Shown here: positions 17,479 through 27,223 of the stretch, one piece after another
Layout: the number at the start of each line of letters is the position of its first letter
Numbering within the stretch: the stretch's first letter is position 1
DNA from: Candidatus Falkowbacteria bacterium
Lineage (GTDB): Bacteria > Patescibacteriota > Patescibacteriia > JACRDY01
Length of the DNA stretch: 57,857 nucleotides
Reading direction: 5' to 3'
Assembly: GCA_016218485.1 (NCBI GenBank)
Contig: JACRDY010000041.1
Coordinates: forward strand, 1 to 57,857
Position numbers and translations under genes: made by a program
The notes under the pieces: model-generated
Seen by the model: only the letters and a program-made list of their open reading frames with translations
Told to the model about the DNA's origin: nothing
Databases searched by the model: none

Positions 17479-18498
17479 ATGCCCCAACGTTTCAGCCTTG
17501 ACGAACCAGACGAGATCCCGATCAGCGATGCTCTGGGGAGTTTGTTGTTGCCGGATCGGCGGCGCCGTCGTTTAACGATGGCCCTCTCCGCGCTGGCAGG
17601 GTTTATTGTCATCCTTGGGATTTGGCATTTTTTGCGTCAGATTAATTTACCAGCCGAAGAGCAGCTGGCCAAGTGGCAGGCCCAGTCCCAAGATGCCGGT
17701 CTGACTAATTTTAACCTAAACGCCGATCAGGATCTCTTGGCGCTCAATAGCGCCGACACCGACAGTGATGGCTTGAGCGACTACGAAGAAATATATATCT
17801 ATAGTACGAGCATTTACCTGGCCGACACCGACAGTGATGGCGAGAGTGACGCGGTTGAAACCCAGAATGGTACTGATCCGCTGTGTCCGAAAGGGGAGGA
17901 GTGTGTGGCGTCGCCGCCGACCACCACCACCACTGCCAGCGCCACTGACCATGGCACGCTCCTGGACGCGCTAGACAGCGGATCGTCTGACATTACCACG
18001 GACCAGAGTAACGGCAATATTCTGGCCGACTCCATCCGGAGCGTGATGATTGAGCAGGGGATATCAGCGGCGGAGCTGAATAAGTACACCAATGAGCAGC
18101 TGGTGGCGCTGTACCAACAGTATCAGAATCAGACCGCTGGCGGCACGAATACCGTGCCGGCAGCCACTACTGGTACCGGGGGCACGCCGTCGCCTGATGA
18201 GCTGCGAGCGCTGCTGCTGCAAGCCGGGTTCTCCCAGTCGCAGGTAGATAACTATAGCGACAAGCAGCTCCTGGAGGTGTATCAAAAAATCAGCACGGGG
18301 GAGGGTACGACGGGCGCCACCACCAACAGTAATACCAATATCAGCGCTGACACACAAAAACTCCGTGATTCCTTGAGCGCCATGACTGGAGCGCAGATTC
18401 GCCAGCTGCTGCAGCAGAGCGGTTTTAATAAGGATATTTTGGCTAAATATACGGATGAACAGCTCCGGGCGCTGTTGCTAGAGGTTTCAGCGCAGTAA
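17479..18498 (+). CDS. Membrane-anchored protein with DxDxDG calcium-binding motifs and three helical repeats
   Basis: TM segment; DTDSDGLSD, DTDSDGESD; repeats ending Y(T/S)x(E/K)QL. Confidence 0.75.
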   Translation: MPQRFSLDEPDEIPISDALGSLLLPDRRRRRLTMALSALAGFIVILGIWHFLRQINLPAEEQLAKWQAQSQDAGLTNFNLNADQDLLALNSADTDSDGLSDYEEIYIYSTSIYLADTDSDGESDAVETQNGTDPLCPKGEECVASPPTTTTTASATDHGTLLDALDSGSSDITTDQSNGNILADSIRSVMIEQGISAAELNKYTNEQLVALYQQYQNQTAGGTNTVPAATTGTGGTPSPDELRALLLQAGFSQSQVDNYSDKQLLEVYQKISTGEGTTGATTNSNTNISADTQKLRDSLSAMTGAQIRQLLQQSGFNKDILAKYTDEQLRALLLEVSAQ

Positions 18499-18536
18499 GG
18501 CAGGCAGGTTCTTTGCATATTTTAAATTTTTGTTTT

Positions 18537-18648
18537 ATAATAAATCCAGCACCTAAACCACAGAGGGGTGGCTTTTGTGGGCAATGTTCAGTATCCTATA
18601 CATCCCCGCATCAAGAGCAACGGGTAGGTTAAAAGGCGCTGGATAAAT
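18537..18648. mobile_element. ATCCAGCAC-family element, divergent copy in reverse orientation
   Basis: taaatccagcacct ... aggcgctggataaat. Confidence 0.55.
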
Positions 18649-18700
18649 CCACAACAACACATAATAATGGGCTGTCAGTTTTCTACAATCTACGGACACT

Positions 18701-21700
18701 ATGTTTGATAACCATCGTGGACAGTCAAGGTCTTTGAAGTCCCGAAAAATCGTGGGTGTTTTAGTATTGGTCAGTTTGTTGTTACCCGGTATACTTTTGT
18801 TTCTCCCTAAAACCGTCACTGCCCAAGAAGTAGTGACTGTAGGCGCTGATGTTCCAAGAGGTATTGAGAAGATTTTTACAACTGCGGCTAATGAAATAGA
18901 AAAATCCTTCCGTCTGGCTATTGCCAAATCAGCCATGATGTTTTCCCGGAAAGTGGCGCATAATTTGGCGGTTAAACTGGCGCGGCAGACTAAAGCCGGC
19001 ACTAAAGGTGGCAGTCTGGATTGGCGCGATATGGGACAAATTATGCAGGATGCGGGTTACGCCGCGTTTGGTGAAGCCGTGGGGACATTTTCCGAGAAAT
19101 TTTTTGGTGACGCGGCCTTTCTTTGTGATCCCAATCCGTACGTCCGCTTAGTCATCGGTTTAGCGCTACTTCAATCCATTGAGCCGACGCCTAAATGTGA
19201 CGGCCGGCAGGTGATTGAAAATTATAATGCCTTGAGCGCCGAGTGGAACTCGGGACAATTCCTGCGGCGTTTTTCCGCCAGCTTTGAGCCGACTCAGAGC
19301 GACCTTGGAACTTTTACCGAGGCATTGTCAAAAGTTGAACAACACAAAGCTGATGTCGTGCAGGCGAGAATTTTGGATAAACTATGGGGTAGCTCGCAGT
19401 GGTTTGACGTTTCTGACATTATCAGCGACCAGCGCATTAGCTCGCGTAACCAAATTGAAAAGTTCGTTAACGCTACCATGATTGAGGGTCCGGCCCAAGC
19501 CAATCAGTGGGAAGCCTTGTATTCATTGATGACCGGCGCGATCGCCTCGCCGTTTGTTTTTCAGTTTGCTGATTCGTTCGTGGCGGAAATGATGCAGCTG
19601 CACCTGTCCGGGCTGTTTGGCAACTACGACCTGTGTGACGCCAATATTCCGGGGCTGCCCAAGTGTAATCCTAAATCAGGACTGGACGGCAGCGAGTGGG
19701 GCAGCGGCACGCCGCGCGGGCAGTACTCCGAGCAGGAGATCCAGGAGCGGTTTGCCTCGCTGCTGACCCCCAAGATCGCCGTGGGCGGGGAGTATGATAT
19801 TGTCTCCGAGTTTGCCTCGTGTCCGGACGCGCAGCGTCCGAGCCAGAATACCTGTGTGATTGATCAGTCATTCTCTGAAGCCATCCTCAACCGCTATACC
19901 GTGCAGGAAGCGATTGACCAGGGCGTACTGCACGGTGACTGGAGTTTTGGCTACACGCAAGCCGGCGGGCTGTCGCAGCCGAGCTACGACAGCGGCTACC
20001 CGGCCAGCAGTATGAAGAAACTGCGCAAAGCGCGGATCATTCCGGTGGGCTGGGAGCTGGCGGCCGAGATCGTAGCCGGCGACACCACCTTGAGCGGGCC
20101 GGTAACGTTGCAGCAGATGGTCAACGCTTTTAACCAGACCGGTGACGATAAACAGTGCAATACCAATGACGTGAACGAGAGTCCGTTCTGCGGCTTAGTT
20201 GATCCTGACTGGGTGCTCAAGTCGCCGCAGCAGAAGTGTGAAGCCAATGCAGTCAGTCCGATGTTGGCCGAAGCGACTGTACGGCAAGACTGGTGCGCCG
20301 ACACTCGGAGCTGTATCAAAGAAAAAGCCGATGGTTCCTGCGAATCCTGGGGCTACTGCACCCGTGAAGCCAACACCTGGTGGTTCGGCGGGGAAGAGTG
20401 CCCGGCCGAGTACAACACTTGTCAAACATTTGTAAATAAAGATGATAATAGCCGCGGTACCTGGCTCAAGTCCAGCCTCAACTACCAGTCGTGCGACAGC
20501 ACTAACGCCGGCTGTACCTGGTACGCCCAAGCCCAGAATAGCGTCGGGGATTGGGTAGATACTCCCCAGAATCCGGCCAATGATTACAATATTTTAGCGC
20601 TCAATTCTATTTATTTTGATGGGGACGCGCAGCAGTGTAATGCGTCAGCCGCCGGTTGCAGTGAATTCATCAGGAGTTATTCTGGCTCGGGCACGAACTT
20701 GGTCAAGAACGGCAGTTTTGAAGACCACTACCGGATTACCAACAACCCGACGTACCCGGACGTGTTCTATGACTGGACAGTTAATCTTGGTACGGTAGAG
20801 ACGGTTGATGTCCAGTTTGGCGCCAGTGCAGTCGCCCTGAATAATGGCGGCAGTATCCGGCAGAGCGTGCCGGTGGGCTACGCTACCAGCCAGCGCACCT
20901 TTACATTATCGCTGTACGCCAAAGACTGCGCGGCTGATACGTCGGTGGTATTCGGGCCAGTCAGCCGTTCTCTCCAGGAGTTGGCCGGCGACGGCTATGA
21001 CCCGGCACAGCTGACGCAGTGGACAACGTATGCGTTAACCTACACTTTCCCGATCAACAGTAGTACGGACAGTATGGCGCTGACGCTAACACCGGGCAGC
21101 GGTTCTACGGCGTGCAAGTTTGACGGCCTGCAGGTGGAGGAAGGCGCGACCCCGACCTACTATGGTGAGTACGGCGCGGTTAATTTGGCCTACCTCAAGC
21201 AACCGCCGGCCTACCTCAACTGCAACGGCTCACCCAACCAGCCGGCAGACTGCAGCCAGTACGCGCCAGTCTGCGCCGCGGATCAAGTGGGCTGCCAGAA
21301 GTACACTGATTTGGCTGACAACACGGTGGTGCCCGGCATTATCAAGCCGGAAGACATCTGTCCGGCCGAGTGCAGCGGCTACAGTACGTACAAACAGGAC
21401 GCTTCAAATTTTTACCAAGAAAAGTTTCCGCTCTATTTCATCCCCTCTACCGCCGACTCCTGCCAGTGGGAGGACAGTGGCTGTGAATCGTTTACCAATT
21501 TGGACAGCGTGGCGGCCGGCGGCGAAGGCGTGGAGTCGTATTCGTTCCTCCGCCGCTGTCAGGCTCCGGCGCCGACCAGCGGCGACTGCCGTCCGTTCTA
21601 CACTTGGGAGGGCAGCGACAGTACCGGCTATCAGCTCAAACTCTATACCTTGAAGATGGATCCGGCGAGCGGAGCCGCGCCACTGACGATTCGTCAGTTC

Positions 21701-24700
21701 CCCGGTACGCCGCAGCCCGGCGACCCCTACAGCTGTCAGACGGTCTATGGCAAGAATCCGGGTGATCCGGGTTATGATCCGCAGCTGACCCCTGGCTGCA
21801 AGGAGTTTTATTTTGCTAACCCCACGAGCGGCCCGTTTACCCCCAGCTATACTATTTCGTACCGGCTGCTCGCGGACACCGTGCTCTGCACCGAGGACTG
21901 CCATCCGTACCGGCTGAACAGCGGCCGTGGGCTGTCACTCGTGCATTACACCAATAATACCGAGATTACCGGAGAGCAGATTACTGTCGGCGGCACCTAT
22001 GACGCCAGCCAGATTGCCTTTGTGGCGCCGGATGCTTCGTGCAGTCAGAGTGGCGGGCTGTACACCCAGTGTGTGCCGGGCAGTAGTGTGACTATTCCTG
22101 CCGCCAGCAGCTATTGCCGTAGCCAGGGTGGTAGTTTCTCTAATAATATTTGTTACAACCTGAACGACCAGAGCGTCTGTACTACCTCTGTCCTGCAGGG
22201 CGAGTGGCAGATTCTGTCCGCCGAGTGCCGTTACCTGGGCACGCCGCAGGAGAGTACGGCCTGCACGAGCCCGGGCTGCCAGACGTATCGGGGGAATTTC
22301 TCGGGCAATCGGTATTTGTTGTTTGATGATAGTTTTGAAGCCAATGCCAATGGTTGGCTGACGCCGACACCGCCGCCGGCCTATGTCATTGACGCGCCGG
22401 GCCAACTGGCCGGGGAAAGTTTCTCGGTCGCCGGGCACTCCTTCACACCCATCAGCACCGGCAGTATCACCCTGCCCAACCCGCCGGGCGGCACACTGCC
22501 GGCCATGAGCTTGGCGCGTTCGCTCATGGTGGACAGCGGTAATGGCCCTGAGTCGCTGGTGCGCCAGAACAAGGCCTACATCTTGTCATTCTGGGCCAAA
22601 TCGCAACAGAGCGGCGGTAACAACCTGCGGGTGATGTTTGACGGTGTGCTGTACACGAGCGACTCGCCTGACAATTACTTCAGCCATGACCGCAGCCTGG
22701 ATACTAACTGGCAGTACTACCGTTTCGGTCCGGTCTTCGTGGATTGGGCTGAGCCTAACCAGTACTTGCTGTTCAGCTCGCAGGATAATAAGAAGTTCTA
22801 TCTGGATAATGTCCGGCTGGAAGAGGTGACCGATATGGAATTCCTGGTCCGTGACAGCTGGGAGACGCCAGCGAGCTGCGACCAGAATCAGGCTGGCGCG
22901 CCGGCGCCGCAGTACATGCTCGGCTGCACCGCCTACCAAGACGTCAACAACCAGGTGCAGTACCTCAAGTCATTCTCCAACCTCTGTGAAGAGTCGGCGA
23001 TCGGCTGTGAGGCGGTGATTGATACGCGCAATTCAGCCGCGCCTCGCGAGGAAATTTATAATTATATTTGCAGTTTGAGCGCGGCTTGCGTGCCGGCGCC
23101 CGGTCAGACTACCTGCGACTGTCAGTATGCTGATAGCGATAGTAATACTTTCAGCGCCTGCGCCGTGGCGCCGGGGGAGACTGATTGTAAGTTCACCTTA
23201 GATCAGCCGGAGAGTCAGACGGTAAAGGAGAGCGTGCTCGGTCTGGTACCCGACACCGCGTTGGTGCCCGCTGATCGGTTTACCTACCTCGTCAATCGGC
23301 CGGAGTTTTCCTGCGCCGCGGCTGACAAGGGCTGTACCGCCATGGCGCGTCCACAGCTGGACGTGGACAATCAAGTGATAGATTACCTCAAACCAAACAG
23401 CCAGGACGAGAATGTCCTGTACCTGCGCAGCAATCCTGATCAGTATGCTACCGCTCTCTGTACCGCGCCGGCGCTCGGCTGTACCGCCTACGACGGCGGC
23501 GGTGAGCTGAACCCGGTCTATTTCCATGATCCGGCGGAGCGCGTCTGCGAGTATCGTGCGGAGTCCGGCACCGGCACTTTTGCCTGGTTTGAGAAGGGCA
23601 GCGATACTGCCTGTCCCGATCACGGCGACCCCACCAGCAGGTCCTATGAAGATCCGGAGCCGCTGTCGGCATCACTCTTTGGCTATACCACCTGGTCGCG
23701 CTCCTGCCCGGCCAACTACAGCTCCTGCACCCAGTTCATTGATCCGGCGGGCGCGCCCGGCAATAACATTTACTACTACCAGGATGATCAGAATCTTGAC
23801 CGGACGGCGTGTAATGGCCTGGCCTCCCAGAAGAAAGGCTGCGTCCTCTTTGAGAACGACAACAAAATTAAATGGGCGGCGGCGCAGCAGGCCAGCTGGA
23901 ATCCGGCTGATTGGTCGCCGGAGCTCACCTACAGCAGCGCGGCGACGTACGCCCGCAGTGAAGCCAGCAACAACGCGGCCGTCTCGCCGATTAACTGCAC
24001 CTCTAGCCAGCTGGCGCCCGATGAGCAGATTCTCTGTAACAGTGTCGGCGGCGGCAATGACGCCAATGATCTCTTGAGCGTGCGGCGCGATCGCGTCTGC
24101 GCCGAGTGGATTTCGTGTCAGCGCTCCTACCAGGTGTTTGACCCGCAGATCAATGCCTACCGGACCATTTGTTTGGATCTGGACCCCTGCACCAAGTTTG
24201 GGGCCAATTCCACCGAGTGTATTCAGTCGCGGCAGATCAGCGATCCGGGGGCCATTGCTTCAGACAGCTATTTGTCGCTGGATAAGTACCTCCAGCGCTC
24301 GCGCGACTGGAGCGGCTATGAGTATTCCGGCTATTCCATCCCGCATCTGTACCCGGTCTGGAGCCTGTCCGAGTATGACTACGGCACCTGCAGTGATAGT
24401 GATATTCTGTGTCTGTCCGACAGCGGCTGTCCGGGCACGCAGACCTGTGACTTTAGAGATGTCAATTATCGGGTCAGCCGCGTCAATGTTACCGGCAACA
24501 CCCTGACTGATCTCTGTCTCGGGAAATACGACGTTACCGGTGGTTTTAGTCAGATCGGCTGTCCGCTAGGGGCTATTTCGCGGGCCGGCAAGAGCTGCCG
24601 CGGCTACCCTGAGTCTGACGCGCCGTTTGCGGCCAATACTACCGTGGGGCCGTTCAGCGACGCCAACCATTGTCAGGCCTATGGTGATGCCGATTGCGAT

Positions 24701-27217
24701 TGCCATTATGAGAAGCTGGTGACGGGTAATGGCGTCCGCTCCTACTTTGATTATCCTGAAGCCACCAGTGGCGGATTGACGGTCGGCGTACCGCAACGGA
24801 TTTGTTCTATAGCTGATGATGCCCACCCCGGTATGCTCGGTAAAGCCTGCGGTGACGGATCAGGGCCGGATAATGACGACCGTGATTGTATTGATAAAGA
24901 ACATGAGCCCAATTTTCTAGCTCCTGAACAGGGCAGCTATATTGGCAACCCGTTTAATGACGGCACGCCGTCGGAGAATGACGTGTGTATTCGTCCGACT
25001 GGTCAGACCACATATCTCGGCTGGCGCGGGTATTGTCTGGAATATGACGACAGTATCCATATCAACGGCAGCACCAAAGACAAAGCCTGTCTGACCTGGA
25101 TGCCGATTGACCTGGCCTCGGGCGAGCCGGATATTTACAGCAACAAGCCGACAGCCGGGTTTGCTTTCGGCAGTTACTCCACTCCCTACGAGTACTGCGC
25201 CGCTAATTCCGGCAGCAGAGGAGCGCTGGGGTATCGTCTGGATGATCGTCCTGCCAATCATGTTCGGCAGGATCAGAGGGTCCCGGAGAGCGCTGATTTT
25301 CCCGACCCTGCCTATGATTATATTTTCGTGGACCTAAACTGTCCGTTCTTTTCCGCCTGTAATTTACCAGGCACCGCATATCAGAGCGGTAATCCGACCA
25401 TCTGGCTGGGGGATAAGGAATATGGAGGTTTAGGCGCGTTGTGCGGCGCTGACTTCTGCCGTGAAGGTTTTGAGATCAGTTCCGGCATCCGCCGCATACC
25501 GGCCACGCCCCGTGAACGCGAGATTAATCAGAATGATCTCAAATATATTGAAATTATTCCCAATAATACCGGTCCTACTGCCGGTGACAGATTACGGACG
25601 CCATTCCGTTTGACTAATGAACTAGGGCTGGGTGGTGATTGGAGCTGGGGTTGGTGCGGTTACTCCGGGTGGGTTGATCCGCAAAGCGGTCAAGAAAGTA
25701 GAAATTATCCTTCAGCTAATAATTGTACCGGCAGTAGCGGCACAAACTTCTTCTACGATGGTGAGTTTACTGGTAATAATATTGATGATATTTTCCGTAA
25801 CAAAGATCATGCTTGTGAAAATTTTGCTCCCTTTAACGCCTTTGCTATTCAGGCGCATTTTGACAACAACGGTTTCCTGGATTACTGGCAGACCGGGTAC
25901 TGTGACGGCAGTCAGGATGGCAGCTACCTTGACATCGCTGATGTTAAATTTATTATGAAGGAGACCTGTGAGGAAACTGTTCTGGTGGCTAAAAGTGAAA
26001 ATACCGACCCGCAGAATTTCGGCAATAGCTTCTTTAATACCAATCGGGTCTGGGCGGACGGCGGGTATGACTTTGGCGGTCAGCTGGGATTTGCTACCGC
26101 GGATCCGCCATTTGGTAAGTATGGAAACTCAACGATTAGCTTTGCCAAAAAAATAGAAATTGGCAATCAGCAGGATGAAACCACGCTCTTTGGCACCGGT
26201 TTTCGCTGTTTGAGCGGCGACTGTCGCACAGGGTCAACCCGTGGCAGCTGTATTAACAATGCGTTTGACGCCTATCCGGGTACGGGGTTGGATTTTGCCG
26301 ACTTGGATTCGTGCGATCCGAGTTTAGAATCAGATCCGAGCTGTGATAACGACAGCGATAATCCTCAAGTGTACTGCGCCGGCACCGCCGGAGTCTGGAA
26401 CAGCGGCAGCGGTTCGGACCGGCTGCAGCAGCTCTTCGTGGTCAGTTTTAATTACCATGTTTGGAGTAATGGCGATGATAAGTATAATGTTGATTTGGCT
26501 AAAACATGGGGGCTGCCAACCACGAGCGTGTCGGTACGCCGCAGTCAAGCGCAGGCGCCGAAAGTCTGGGCCGCCATCTTTGACAGCATCATTGGCGACT
26601 ATACCACGGGCGAGCCGGGCACGGTGGCGATTAATGGTCAGACCCGTCCCACGGACGTCTACTATGGGGACAGTATTACCACGGTGATGAGCTTCTACGC
26701 GGCCAATGACAATGGCGCCCAGATGCCGTTGCGGCGGTTCCTGGTTGACTGGGGTGATGGCGCGGGGGCGATTGAACTGCCGGCCGGGCTGGACACCACC
26801 ACCTCGTATGCCAACTACAAAGAGAAGTGCAATGATACGGCCGGTAACTTCGGGGATCAGCGTGATCAGTCCTGCGTGGAAGCTCACTTTGAAGCTAAGA
26901 ACGTCTATACCTGTACGGCCAGTCAGGGTAGCGCCTACCAGACGTCCTGCAGCGCGTACAGCGTGACCCTGCCGGGTGAGAGCGCTCCCTATACCGGTCC
27001 CTGCTGCGTTTACACTCCGCGGGTAACCGTAGTAGACAACTGGGGAGCCTGTGCCAATGGTTGCTCGGGCGGCGCCTGTTTGGTGCTTAGCGTGTCTGAT
27101 GAAGACGCCAGTAGCAGTAATGAATGCTACTACCGTTCCGGTACTAAATTACTCTTGAAGAAAGCCACTGCCACTTACCCCGGCAAAATCGTGATTATCC
27201 CCAGCAGTGAACTGTAA
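18701..27217 (+). CDS. Giant (2838 aa) secreted Cys-rich surface protein with CBM-like and PKD-like modules
   Basis: Signal/TM segment at the N-terminus; about 110 Cys by hand count; NLVKNGSFE...YTLSLYAK and LSFWAK...FYLDNVRLEE modules; C-terminal LVDWGDG. Confidence 0.8.
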   Translation: MFDNHRGQSRSLKSRKIVGVLVLVSLLLPGILLFLPKTVTAQEVVTVGADVPRGIEKIFTTAANEIEKSFRLAIAKSAMMFSRKVAHNLAVKLARQTKAGTKGGSLDWRDMGQIMQDAGYAAFGEAVGTFSEKFFGDAAFLCDPNPYVRLVIGLALLQSIEPTPKCDGRQVIENYNALSAEWNSGQFLRRFSASFEPTQSDLGTFTEALSKVEQHKADVVQARILDKLWGSSQWFDVSDIISDQRISSRNQIEKFVNATMIEGPAQANQWEALYSLMTGAIASPFVFQFADSFVAEMMQLHLSGLFGNYDLCDANIPGLPKCNPKSGLDGSEWGSGTPRGQYSEQEIQERFASLLTPKIAVGGEYDIVSEFASCPDAQRPSQNTCVIDQSFSEAILNRYTVQEAIDQGVLHGDWSFGYTQAGGLSQPSYDSGYPASSMKKLRKARIIPVGWELAAEIVAGDTTLSGPVTLQQMVNAFNQTGDDKQCNTNDVNESPFCGLVDPDWVLKSPQQKCEANAVSPMLAEATVRQDWCADTRSCIKEKADGSCESWGYCTREANTWWFGGEECPAEYNTCQTFVNKDDNSRGTWLKSSLNYQSCDSTNAGCTWYAQAQNSVGDWVDTPQNPANDYNILALNSIYFDGDAQQCNASAAGCSEFIRSYSGSGTNLVKNGSFEDHYRITNNPTYPDVFYDWTVNLGTVETVDVQFGASAVALNNGGSIRQSVPVGYATSQRTFTLSLYAKDCAADTSVVFGPVSRSLQELAGDGYDPAQLTQWTTYALTYTFPINSSTDSMALTLTPGSGSTACKFDGLQVEEGATPTYYGEYGAVNLAYLKQPPAYLNCNGSPNQPADCSQYAPVCAADQVGCQKYTDLADNTVVPGIIKPEDICPAECSGYSTYKQDASNFYQEKFPLYFIPSTADSCQWEDSGCESFTNLDSVAAGGEGVESYSFLRRCQAPAPTSGDCRPFYTWEGSDSTGYQLKLYTLKMDPASGAAPLTIRQFPGTPQPGDPYSCQTVYGKNPGDPGYDPQLTPGCKEFYFANPTSGPFTPSYTISYRLLADTVLCTEDCHPYRLNSGRGLSLVHYTNNTEITGEQITVGGTYDASQIAFVAPDASCSQSGGLYTQCVPGSSVTIPAASSYCRSQGGSFSNNICYNLNDQSVCTTSVLQGEWQILSAECRYLGTPQESTACTSPGCQTYRGNFSGNRYLLFDDSFEANANGWLTPTPPPAYVIDAPGQLAGESFSVAGHSFTPISTGSITLPNPPGGTLPAMSLARSLMVDSGNGPESLVRQNKAYILSFWAKSQQSGGNNLRVMFDGVLYTSDSPDNYFSHDRSLDTNWQYYRFGPVFVDWAEPNQYLLFSSQDNKKFYLDNVRLEEVTDMEFLVRDSWETPASCDQNQAGAPAPQYMLGCTAYQDVNNQVQYLKSFSNLCEESAIGCEAVIDTRNSAAPREEIYNYICSLSAACVPAPGQTTCDCQYADSDSNTFSACAVAPGETDCKFTLDQPESQTVKESVLGLVPDTALVPADRFTYLVNRPEFSCAAADKGCTAMARPQLDVDNQVIDYLKPNSQDENVLYLRSNPDQYATALCTAPALGCTAYDGGGELNPVYFHDPAERVCEYRAESGTGTFAWFEKGSDTACPDHGDPTSRSYEDPEPLSASLFGYTTWSRSCPANYSSCTQFIDPAGAPGNNIYYYQDDQNLDRTACNGLASQKKGCVLFENDNKIKWAAAQQASWNPADWSPELTYSSAATYARSEASNNAAVSPINCTSSQLAPDEQILCNSVGGGNDANDLLSVRRDRVCAEWISCQRSYQVFDPQINAYRTICLDLDPCTKFGANSTECIQSRQISDPGAIASDSYLSLDKYLQRSRDWSGYEYSGYSIPHLYPVWSLSEYDYGTCSDSDILCLSDSGCPGTQTCDFRDVNYRVSRVNVTGNTLTDLCLGKYDVTGGFSQIGCPLGAISRAGKSCRGYPESDAPFAANTTVGPFSDANHCQAYGDADCDCHYEKLVTGNGVRSYFDYPEATSGGLTVGVPQRICSIADDAHPGMLGKACGDGSGPDNDDRDCIDKEHEPNFLAPEQGSYIGNPFNDGTPSENDVCIRPTGQTTYLGWRGYCLEYDDSIHINGSTKDKACLTWMPIDLASGEPDIYSNKPTAGFAFGSYSTPYEYCAANSGSRGALGYRLDDRPANHVRQDQRVPESADFPDPAYDYIFVDLNCPFFSACNLPGTAYQSGNPTIWLGDKEYGGLGALCGADFCREGFEISSGIRRIPATPREREINQNDLKYIEIIPNNTGPTAGDRLRTPFRLTNELGLGGDWSWGWCGYSGWVDPQSGQESRNYPSANNCTGSSGTNFFYDGEFTGNNIDDIFRNKDHACENFAPFNAFAIQAHFDNNGFLDYWQTGYCDGSQDGSYLDIADVKFIMKETCEETVLVAKSENTDPQNFGNSFFNTNRVWADGGYDFGGQLGFATADPPFGKYGNSTISFAKKIEIGNQQDETTLFGTGFRCLSGDCRTGSTRGSCINNAFDAYPGTGLDFADLDSCDPSLESDPSCDNDSDNPQVYCAGTAGVWNSGSGSDRLQQLFVVSFNYHVWSNGDDKYNVDLAKTWGLPTTSVSVRRSQAQAPKVWAAIFDSIIGDYTTGEPGTVAINGQTRPTDVYYGDSITTVMSFYAANDNGAQMPLRRFLVDWGDGAGAIELPAGLDTTTSYANYKEKCNDTAGNFGDQRDQSCVEAHFEAKNVYTCTASQGSAYQTSCSAYSVTLPGESAPYTGPCCVYTPRVTVVDNWGACANGCSGGACLVLSVSDEDASSSNECYYRSGTKLLLKKATATYPGKIVIIPSSEL

Positions 27218-27223
27218 ACCACT

